A DNA stretch of 64,000 nucleotides. Origin: a virus. The stretch covers positions 11,286-75,285 of the IMG/VR virus record IMGVR_UViG_3300001336_000010, one strand, 5' to 3'. Of the stretch, positions 45,999 through 54,800 are shown one piece after another. The position numbers were made by a program, and so were the translations under genes. The notes under the pieces were generated by a model. It searched no databases. It saw only the letters and a program-made list of their open reading frames with translations, and had not been told where the DNA came from. Every line of letters starts with the position of its first letter. Position 1 is the stretch's first letter.

Positions 45999-47189
45999 AT
46001 GAAACATTTCGATCTTACTGGTGTGCGCAAAACGCCTGTCGAGAACGTGCTGGCCGCTCTGAAAGCGGAAAGCGCTCACGACTCGCGTGAAGCCGGCGCC
46101 AAGCTGATTGCCCAAGCCCGGGACGTCGGCCTGAACCTTCGCGACTATCTTACCCTCGCGATCGACACCCGGGCAGGGGAACACAAGGAGCGTTTCGGCG
46201 CTGCCAACCTGAACGGCTACGAAGCCGCTTTGGATTACCTGAACCTGCCCTTCCACAATGACCTCGAGCAGGGTGTCCTGCTGCAGGCCGCGTCGGAAAC
46301 CTTCCAGACATTCCCCGGCACCCGGGCGCTGTTCCCCGAAGTCGTGGACGACATGCTGCGCTGGCAGAACCGCCAGGAGCAGTTCGAGAACACCGACGCT
46401 CTGGTGGGCCAGTCCCGCACGATCTCGGGTATCGAGATGGTCTCGACCGTGGTCCTGGACGACAGTGAAGAGCGCGACACGTATATCGTGCCGGAACTCG
46501 CCAACATCCCTGTCCGCACGATCCGCACCAGCGAGACGTCGGTGAAGATGTTCAAGCACGGTTCGGCCTATCGTACGTCGTACGAGTTCAACCGTCGTGC
46601 CTCGTTGGACATTCTGACCCCGTTCGCCACGCGCGTTCAGCGTCAGCTGGAGATCTCGAAGGTCACGGCTGCAATCTCCGTCCTGGTCAACGGCGACGGC
46701 GTCAACGGCGCGGCTCCCACGGAAGACCTGTCGGCCTACGGCGCAGACTTCTCGGGCGGCAAGAGCCTGAAGGACAACTATCGCGCCCTGGCGAAGTTCC
46801 TGATGTCCCGTGCCCGCAACGGCAACCCAGTGGATACCCTTGTTGGCAACTTCGACACCTATGTCGAGCTGATGTTCATGTTCATGCCGACCTTGAACAA
46901 CGCGAACAGCTCGGACGCAGAAGCTCTCGCCTCCATGGGTGGTCCCAGCCTGCAGCTGCCGATCATGGGCGGTACCGTTCGCTTCGCAGTCGCTTCGGCA
47001 ATGCCCGCGAACCGCCTGATGGCCTTCTCGAAGGGTGAAACCCTGGAAGAGCTGGTCGAGGCTGGTGCTGCGATCTCGGAGAACGAGCGTTCGATCACCA
47101 ACCAGGCGCTGACGTACGTGCGCTCGGAAGTGACTGGCTACAAGCTGGCGTTCGGCGATACCCGCACGATTCTGCGCACCAACGCCTAA
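45999..47189 (+). CDS. Major capsid protein
   Basis: 396 aa, biased codons, followed by terminator. Confidence 0.85.
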   Translation: MKHFDLTGVRKTPVENVLAALKAESAHDSREAGAKLIAQARDVGLNLRDYLTLAIDTRAGEHKERFGAANLNGYEAALDYLNLPFHNDLEQGVLLQAASETFQTFPGTRALFPEVVDDMLRWQNRQEQFENTDALVGQSRTISGIEMVSTVVLDDSEERDTYIVPELANIPVRTIRTSETSVKMFKHGSAYRTSYEFNRRASLDILTPFATRVQRQLEISKVTAAISVLVNGDGVNGAAPTEDLSAYGADFSGGKSLKDNYRALAKFLMSRARNGNPVDTLVGNFDTYVELMFMFMPTLNNANSSDAEALASMGGPSLQLPIMGGTVRFAVASAMPANRLMAFSKGETLEELVEAGAAISENERSITNQALTYVRSEVTGYKLAFGDTRTILRTNA

Positions 47190-47210
47190 ACCCAGCTGGT
47201 CTGGACATAT

Positions 47211-47242
47211 AGGCCCACCCGCGCCCGTGGGTGGGCCTTTTT
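47211..47242 (+). terminator. Rho-independent terminator after capsid gene
   Basis: AGGCCCACCC...GGGTGGGCCT then TTTT. Confidence 0.85.
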
Positions 47243-47258
47243 CGTAAAGGATGGAACC

Positions 47259-47582
47259 ATGAAAGTAATCGCGAAGACCACCGGGCCGTTCATGTTGATG
47301 GACACCCAGACGAACGACCTCCTGGTCGACTACGAACCCCGGGTCGTCACCTGGACCCAGTTCAAGGAAGCCAGGTCGGGAAAGGGCCAGATCAAGTCCC
47401 TGGCGTCGAACCTGCCCAACGAGGCGAATGACGCGGATTTCCAGGAATACCTGGCCGAAGCCGGCGATGAAGACTTGGCTGTGGCGTCCTATGTTTCCGC
47501 TTTGAGCCCGGAGCCCGAACCCAAGCCGAAGCCGAAACCGAAGCGGGCAACCAAGCAGACTCCGGCCGAGACGGGGGAGTAA
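47259..47582 (+). CDS. Hypothetical virion-module protein
   Basis: 107 aa with RBS. Confidence 0.7.
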   Translation: MKVIAKTTGPFMLMDTQTNDLLVDYEPRVVTWTQFKEARSGKGQIKSLASNLPNEANDADFQEYLAEAGDEDLAVASYVSALSPEPEPKPKPKPKRATKQTPAETGE

Positions 47583-47585
47583 ACC

Positions 47586-48293
47586 ATGTGGTTCACCGCC
47601 AATGAGGACGTCACACTGACGATCGAGTTCAAGGTCAATGGCGATTACGTCATCCCGACGGAGGCCACGGCCACCGTTCGGGATGCGGAGGGCGCCCCGA
47701 TCAGTGGGCTCGAAGATATCTCACTGGCGGTGGGTTCCACCAATGCACCCCTGGTTATCCCCGCGGTGCATAACATGGTCACCCCTGGGAACTCTTTCGA
47801 GACGCGGTTTGTCACTGTGGGGTTCGTTCACAACACGCGGCACTGGCGGATCTCAAAAAGCTACAGGATCAGCCCGCTCCTGCTGATGACCACCGGGCCG
47901 GATGACGTGCGACGGGAGCTGGGTCTGGATGGCTCCGAGCTGCCCGACGAGGATATCGATCTTACCAGTGCCTACCTGCGACTTGAGGATGAGCTCGGCA
48001 GCATATTCACCGAGGCCCTCAAGTCTGGAAACTCCAAGGCCATTTCCGCAAACCGGGCCATCTCCCTTCGGGCGGCGCTAGATATCGTGGACAGCCTACC
48101 CTTCCGTGTGGCTGTCAAGATGAAAGCCGAGGACAGCTCCATTGATCGGATGAAGGAGTTCGACGTGGCGATGATAAGGCTACGTCTGGGCCAGCGACTT
48201 TCCGAAATGACCGACCATCTAGAGAATTTCACTGACACTGGGCGCACCTCCTTCGTGGTTGGAACACCAACAGACGCCATAACGGGAGCCTAA
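47586..48293 (+). CDS. Putative head-tail adaptor
   Basis: Position; DVRRELG...ELPDEDI. Confidence 0.6.
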   Translation: MWFTANEDVTLTIEFKVNGDYVIPTEATATVRDAEGAPISGLEDISLAVGSTNAPLVIPAVHNMVTPGNSFETRFVTVGFVHNTRHWRISKSYRISPLLLMTTGPDDVRRELGLDGSELPDEDIDLTSAYLRLEDELGSIFTEALKSGNSKAISANRAISLRAALDIVDSLPFRVAVKMKAEDSSIDRMKEFDVAMIRLRLGQRLSEMTDHLENFTDTGRTSFVVGTPTDAITGA

Positions 48294-48294
48294 C

Positions 48295-48813
48295 ATGCAC
48301 CGCAAGATGCGAGATCGCTTCTCGGTCACCATGCGCACCCGAGAAGGACACCAGTTCAACGCTCAGTTCGGAGACCCAGGGGCCTACCCCCGGCCGCGAA
48401 AGGAGATCCAAAACCTTCCCCACAGAGCTGTGGTTACCCACCGCGACTCTGTGGCCAAGGCTGGCGATCTTGTGGTCTACGATGGCGTTGAATATCTTCT
48501 ATGCGGTCAGCACGTCATGGCCAACCTGAAGCGGTTTCTGGCTGTGGAGATCAATGCCAGGGTGCGTTGGGTGCGCGCTGGAGACGTCATTGACCCCGTC
48601 ACTCTGATGAAACGCTCCTGGGATGAGGTAGAACTTGATCCCCAGTTGAGTGTCACCCGAGAACCAGGACGGGCTTTCGAGGAAGCCGATTTCAAGATGT
48701 CGCAGAACCGTATGTTCACCTATGCCGATGTGCAGCTGGGAGACCGTCTGGATGACATGAAGGTGATCCTGGTCGAAGATCTATTCGGGATCCGCATGCT
48801 AGAGGTCGCCTAA
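48295..48813 (+). CDS. Putative head closure protein
   Basis: Position in neck module. Confidence 0.5.
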   Translation: MHRKMRDRFSVTMRTREGHQFNAQFGDPGAYPRPRKEIQNLPHRAVVTHRDSVAKAGDLVVYDGVEYLLCGQHVMANLKRFLAVEINARVRWVRAGDVIDPVTLMKRSWDEVELDPQLSVTREPGRAFEEADFKMSQNRMFTYADVQLGDRLDDMKVILVEDLFGIRMLEVA

Positions 48814-49544
48814 TGGCCAACCCAAACGCCCAGAAGTTTGCTGCCATGAGACAGCAGGTCGCGGGAACCCTCCAGAACTCCTTCAATCGAAGCACGGAAG
48901 AAATCCGCCTGAGCATTACTCGGCAGATCCAGCAGTATGCCCGGGATTTCTACAAAGGCATGTTGGGCGAAGGCCTGGCCCAAGAGTCCCAGTTCTATTC
49001 GCCCCTGAGTGCCAGATACCAGGCTCGGAAGGACCGACTAACCGGCAGCAAAACCGGCCGGGGGTTCTACGAGTTCTCAGGGGGCTTGAAAAGATCGCTC
49101 CTGAAGCGCGACCCAATGGCCGACTTCGGGGTGCCAGAGGTCAACTACGTCTCGCAGTTCGGCAATAAAACCAGATCTGGATACAAAGCCGCAGGGCCAA
49201 ACCTTTTCCGGGATCCTAAAGGCAGGTTCGCCAGCCCTGGCGCTGCTCTTGATCTGTTCGCTGTCCTTGGGGTGGAGCTCTTTCCCAAACTCGTGGGTAA
49301 GAACAAGGGGGCGATACTGGGCATTTATCCTAATGTGAAAACCCGCGTCACGCTGGCCCAACGTGGCCGAAAGGCTACCACCTACAAATACACCCGAGCA
49401 GGTCTGCGCACCCGCCTCGAGATGATGGAGTATGGCCACGGAGGGAAGCCCCCACCACGGCCGCTCTTGTTCGAGTATATGCGCCGGTACCGCGGGGTTC
49501 GGCTGAAGAGCAAGATCGAAGCAATCATGAATAGAGGTTTCTGA
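48813..49544 (+). CDS. Putative neck/tail completion protein
   Basis: Basic protein, EYG..PPRPL; position. Confidence 0.5.
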   Translation: MANPNAQKFAAMRQQVAGTLQNSFNRSTEEIRLSITRQIQQYARDFYKGMLGEGLAQESQFYSPLSARYQARKDRLTGSKTGRGFYEFSGGLKRSLLKRDPMADFGVPEVNYVSQFGNKTRSGYKAAGPNLFRDPKGRFASPGAALDLFAVLGVELFPKLVGKNKGAILGIYPNVKTRVTLAQRGRKATTYKYTRAGLRTRLEMMEYGHGGKPPPRPLLFEYMRRYRGVRLKSKIEAIMNRGF

Positions 49545-49987
49545 TGTTCCCGACCCAGTACCACAACATCCAATCGTCATTGCTGCGCTTCTGCAGTCAG
49601 TTCCGCCTCGACATGGCCGCAAAGGGGGTCTCCCTGGAGACCGTGAACATGGACGCGCATACAGATGAGAGCGAATGGCCGGAGGGGGATTTCATCGGGG
49701 TAGGGGAGTCTGAGATCCTGATCGAAGAGACATACTCAGGGTCGTGCTTCTTTGCCCTCTCCACCTTGGATGACACCAACCTCTATCGTATGGGTCAGTT
49801 GATGAAGGAGCTGTCCTCCAGGCTGCTGCCGAACAGGAGCATCCCCGTCTATGATACAGAGACGGGGATGCAAATCGGGAGCATTTTCGTATTGCAGGGA
49901 ACGAAGATCGAAGCGCCGATGCCGACAAAGACCCAGCCGATCCAGCCCATCCTCGTCAACTACGAGACGGACCTCCGTTCCTTTTGA
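49544..49987 (+). CDS. Putative tail terminator
   Basis: 147-aa acidic protein before tail tube gene. Confidence 0.55.
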   Translation: MFPTQYHNIQSSLLRFCSQFRLDMAAKGVSLETVNMDAHTDESEWPEGDFIGVGESEILIEETYSGSCFFALSTLDDTNLYRMGQLMKELSSRLLPNRSIPVYDTETGMQIGSIFVLQGTKIEAPMPTKTQPIQPILVNYETDLRSF

Positions 49988-50144
49988 GGACTTCCAGATC
50001 GCTTTCGACGTTCGCGTCGATTGCGCTCTCCAACAGGACACCAATCTCACCGTTGCGCGCCCGACGATTGAGCTTGGCGCGGGCGTCAATTTGATCGACC
50101 AGCCGTTTTGGGAGTCGGATGGTGAATGCCTTCAAGTCGTCCAT
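49956..50144 (-). CDS. Arc-family ribbon-helix-helix DNA-binding protein
   Basis: FTIRLPKRLVDQIDARAKLNRRARNGEI; AGGAG RBS. Confidence 0.82.
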   Translation of the reverse strand: MDDLKAFTIRLPKRLVDQIDARAKLNRRARNGEIGVLLESAIDANVESDLEVLKRNGGPSRS

Positions 50145-50261
50145 GGTTTTCTCCTAATTTGGACTTTAGATACACTGAAAATAACCTGAAAGAACCTTTG
50201 TGTCGACCCTGGTTTGAAAGTAATGTCTGGTTCAAATTCAAGTCAAACAGGAGATTGACCC

Positions 50262-51026
50262 ATGGCCGGTGAAGCCAAAACCTCTGCCTTTATGCTCGGC
50301 ACCGCAACCGTGATGCTGGGTATGCCCGACAAGCTTTTCGATCTGAACCCCGAGGACCACAGCATCGGCCTGGTCAAGAATTTTCGCATCACTGCGGAAC
50401 CCAGCTACACTGATCTGACCCAAGGGGTCCGCAACCAGATCGTTTACTCGGTGATGACCGGGAACATGGTCAAGGCTGCGATGGAGACCTACGAATACAC
50501 GGGCAGCAACATCGCCTACTCGCTGGGCCTGGAAGGCGCAGGGTTTACCGGTCAGACCGAAGAAACCAACGTCACGACCGCCTCGATCGCTGATGCCACT
50601 GATCTGGCCGTTGATGACGAGAGCGGTTTCGCTGTCGGCGACTGGGTCATGATCTCGGGTTCGACCAATGATCGTGTCCAGGTGCGCAAGTTGACCGCGG
50701 CTTCCACTGGCTCCCTTGAGTTCGCTCAGCCTCTGCTGTTGCCCGTCGCCGCTGGCGCGGTGGTCCAGAAGGCCAACGCAATCGGTGTGGGTTCCAAAGC
50801 CGAACAGCCCTTCCTCTCCGCGAAGATTGTGGGTGTCCTGGCCGACGGCACCGAAGTGGTGCTGCTGTGCCCGAAGGTCCGGATCACCAACGGTTTCTCG
50901 CTGGGCTTCACAACCGAGAACTTCGACAATCTGCCGTACGAATTCACGTTCTACGACCAGGTGGCCTCGGACCCCTTCTTCACCGAGTTCGCTGGTGAAC
51001 AGGCGAAGCTTCTCACCACGAAGTAA
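50262..51026 (+). CDS. Major tail (tube) protein
   Basis: 254 aa, precedes chaperones and tape measure. Confidence 0.78.
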   Translation: MAGEAKTSAFMLGTATVMLGMPDKLFDLNPEDHSIGLVKNFRITAEPSYTDLTQGVRNQIVYSVMTGNMVKAAMETYEYTGSNIAYSLGLEGAGFTGQTEETNVTTASIADATDLAVDDESGFAVGDWVMISGSTNDRVQVRKLTAASTGSLEFAQPLLLPVAAGAVVQKANAIGVGSKAEQPFLSAKIVGVLADGTEVVLLCPKVRITNGFSLGFTTENFDNLPYEFTFYDQVASDPFFTEFAGEQAKLLTTK

Positions 51027-51101
51027 TCGAACTGGTGTATTGCTTGATCGCTGCGTATGTTTTATTACAGGCGCAGCGATTTTAATTTGAGGTAGACACC
51101 T

Positions 51102-51491
51102 ATGACGCAAGAGAAACCCCAGCACACCTTTACAATTACTGTGGATGGACAGCCGAAGGACATCAAGATGACCTTCGGGCTGTTGAACCAGCTGGTCCGC
51201 ACGATCGGGGACATCGAGTCCGTCGCGGACATCAGCTTCGATATTGAGCTGCGGGAGGCCCTCTTGCAGGAGTGCCTGGCCCCCCGGGACGAGAACGGCC
51301 GCATCGAAAAAGAGGTCAACCTCTTCCTGATCGACGTGAACCCTGATGATGTCATCGACCTTCTGGATTGGGTGGGGGCGCACGTCACCGATTTTTTGCT
51401 GGCGCAGATGACGCGCGCGAAAGAGATGATGGAGCACCGCAGCGATCAGGTGAAAGCCCTGATGCCTACATCAACTGGTACTCCAGCCTAA
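51102..51491 (+). CDS. Tail assembly chaperone (G-like)
   Basis: Position; contains T TTT TTG slippery site at 51392-51398. Confidence 0.75.
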   Translation: MTQEKPQHTFTITVDGQPKDIKMTFGLLNQLVRTIGDIESVADISFDIELREALLQECLAPRDENGRIEKEVNLFLIDVNPDDVIDLLDWVGAHVTDFLLAQMTRAKEMMEHRSDQVKALMPTSTGTPA

Positions 51492-51757
51492 ATTTTTCGG
51501 AGGCACTCGTCCTGGCTTTTGGATGTGTGCCTTCGGAACTCGACAAGATGTACTGGGTCTACACTTTGGACGACTTGAAGACCAAGACGCGGTTGTTCTT
51601 GTCGGACAAGCAGGCTCAGGCGGCTCAGGATTTCCAGAACCTCGCTCTGGTGGCGAGACAACTTTTCGGTGGAAAGTCTGATAAACCGACCGAGGAAATT
51701 GAAGTCCCGAAGAACATCCACGAGATGAAGTCGGCTTTCAACAAAGTATTCGGATAA
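51392..51757 (+). CDS. Tail assembly chaperone GT-like -1 frameshift extension
   Basis: -1 frame open from slippery site to 51757. Confidence 0.65.
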   Translation, partial: FFAGADDARERDDGAPQRSGESPDAYINWYSSLNFSEALVLAFGCVPSELDKMYWVYTLDDLKTKTRLFLSDKQAQAAQDFQNLALVARQLFGGKSDKPTEEIEVPKNIHEMKSAFNKVFG

Positions 51758-51828
51758 GTAAACCACCATGAACCACTTAGGAGAGGTAAGTATGGGGGGA
51801 TATTCGCCCTCATTCGGACCTCTCCTTC

Positions 51829-54800
51829 ATGGCAACTGGCAATAACTCAGGGAACGGATCGACGCGCCTCGAGATAGGCCCGTCCACCCGATCTCAATCT
51901 GACATCCAAAAGTTCCTGACGGTCCTCCGAAATATCGAGAAGACCGTCTCGGAGACGACTGCCAAGTTCAACCTCATGGGGTTGGGGCTGGACCGATCGT
52001 CCAAGACTCTGGGAGAAATGAAAGCCCAGATGCAGCAGTTCAAGCTGCTGTCTCAGAGCATCGAACGCAACTCCATTATGCAGTCCCCTGGCAGGTATTT
52101 TCAGGGCCAGCAGTTCCAGGCTGCACAACGGGTCGAGCGGACCTCACGGCTCGGAACCAATACCGGGCAGGAGATAGCCCTCCAGAAAGAAGGTCTTGCT
52201 CTCGCGAAGGAGGGCGCACGGTATTACCGTCAGCGCAACATGCAGCAGCGGGTGTTCAATCTTGACCTGCAGGCTACCACCGAGAGCTTCCGCAAGATCC
52301 AGACCATTCAGAAGGCCCGCCAGATCAGCGAAGCGGCCCTGGTGCGTATGGGGGGAGAGGTTCAGCAGGGCAACACGGCTGCCGCCCGGGCCTCTGAGCG
52401 CCTCCACCGTCTCGCCGAAGCGCGGGTGCGTATGCTCCAGAACGAGGCCAAGGTTGCCAAGGATCTGACACGAGAGACCGAGAAACGCGCTGCAGCCATA
52501 CGAAAGTCGGCTCTGGGCGATCGTCAGCTGGAGGAAGCCAAGCGCCAGGAGCGCCGCCGCATGATCAACGGCGACGGCGGTGCCAGCCTGTTCATGATCC
52601 AGGCCAGCATCATGGCGAACTATGTTGCCATGAATGCCTTGCGGCAGTCGGTCACAGGGGGCATCGAATTCGCGGGTCAGCTGGACGAGAGCCTGCGAAA
52701 CCTCCAGGCGATCACAGTCGTCACTGACACGAACCTTGGTGAGCTGAAGACGGAAATCCTGGCGGTGTCTGAGGCCACCAAGTTCTTCGCAACCGACATC
52801 GCCGATGCGGCCGTCACCTTGGGCCAGGCCGGCTTTTCCACCAAGGAGATCAAAGACTCCATCCGGGCCGTAGCCCTGCTGGCCACGGCCACAGGCACCG
52901 ATCTGAAACGCTCGGTCGATCTGGCCACCTCGATCCTTGGGGTGTTCAAGATGGAGTCCGCTCAGATGACCGGGGTGGCCAACACCCTCACAGCGGCGGT
53001 GAACAACTCGAAGCTGAACCTCGACAAACTGGCCCTAGGCCTTCAATACGCCGGTAACACCGCGGCACAGTCCGGGGTGAGCTTCGAAGAGCTGACGGCG
53101 TCTCTCGGCGCAATGGCCAACGCCGGTATCCGGTCCGGTTCCACACTCGGCACCGGCATGCGGCAGATCATGATCTCCCTGCAGAAACCCTCTGGCAACT
53201 TCAAGGATACCTTGGACCGTCTGGGGATTTCGATGGGGGATGTGAGCCTCCAGGGCAATGGGCTCTACGGTGTGATGCGCAACCTCAAGGAGGGGGGTTT
53301 CACTGCAGCGGACGCCATTCGGTCCTTCGAAGTGCGCGCCGCGGCTGCGTTCAACGCCTTGTCGAACAACCTCGGAGACGTGGTCAAACTGGAGCGGGCC
53401 TTCCTGAACTCTGCGGCTGCTGCAAAAGCGAACGAGACGCAGATGCGGGCTGTGACCAACCAGGGGCGTCGGTTCCAGGCCAACCTTCAGGCACTGGTCT
53501 CCACCGGTCTCGAACCGATGGTTTATTTCCTTCGGGATGTTTTCGACTGGTCAGCTTCGCTCTTTGAAAGCTGGAGAAGCGCCCCTGGGGTAATCAGGGG
53601 GGTGACCACCGGGATTGTTGCACTAGGCACATCCCTTCTGGTCGCGCGAACCGCTTATCTGGCTCTGAACGTGCTGGGTATCATCTCGGGCTTCAAGGCT
53701 TTGAAAATTGCTATTCTGGGGGTGGCCACCGCGGGTGCCGTTGCTGGCAGCATGATCGCTCCGCTGGCCATTGCGGTTATCGGGGTCGCATCAGCGCTGG
53801 GAATGGCCTACATGGCCCACCAAAGCTATACCGACGAGATCAACCGGAGCAACGACGCCACCCGTCGAGCGCAAACGGAATTTGACAACCTCACAGGGGC
53901 CAGCGAAGCGACAGCAAGCCAGATTGGAATGGTCGAAGACCGGATCAAAAGCCTGACCGACCGGTCAAAGATGTTGAATTCGGAAAACCTTCTCCTCCAG
54001 CTGGAAGCGGACAAGGTCCGTGAGCAGTTCCATGAGATGGGGCTCGAGCTCGGCGAGAACGTCAACAGCGTCGATGATCTGGTCGAGGCCCTGACCCGGC
54101 TTCAAGAGAAACTCTCTGGAGAGTATGTTCTCAACCTTGGCAAGTCTGTCGAGGGGCTCGAGAACCTGCTTGAGGCTTACGAGAAGCAATACAAAACCCT
54201 TATGGGCGAAGGGGCTATCGGAGAGATCATCAACAACAGAGGGTACTCTGAGGCATACAGGAATGCTGGGGCAGGAGCCGCTGTTGAGGGCGCCCAACTG
54301 GCACTGACCCCTGGTGCCTCTATGACCGATCTGCAGAACGCCCGGTCGATGATGATGAACGCCCGGGAGGCTGACGGAGCTCACCAGGGTCTGCAGAAGC
54401 ATATGGACCAGGCGCTGGATCAGATCAACAAGATGATCGAGATCCGCCAGACGATCATGAGCCTGAGCCATGAGCTCAACGACATGACCCGTACCCAGGC
54501 CGACGCCATCAACCGGCAGGAGAACCCTGGGATCGTGGCCGCAGCAGCGGCGATGGAAATCACGAACGACTCCCGTGTGGCTGAAGCAGCGGCTACCGGC
54601 AGTGGACCTGTCGCCCAGTTCACCAACGCCCGGAGCGAGCTGAAGACTATTGAGGGTGAAGCCGAGGCGCTGATCGAGCAGATCAAGACCAACGAGGATC
54701 TCAACGAAGCCGTCAAGAAGGATCTGATCCAGACCGTCGAGAACTCGCTAACGTCCGTGCGGCTGTCGGTGGCCAATATGGGGGACGCTGCACGAGAGGT

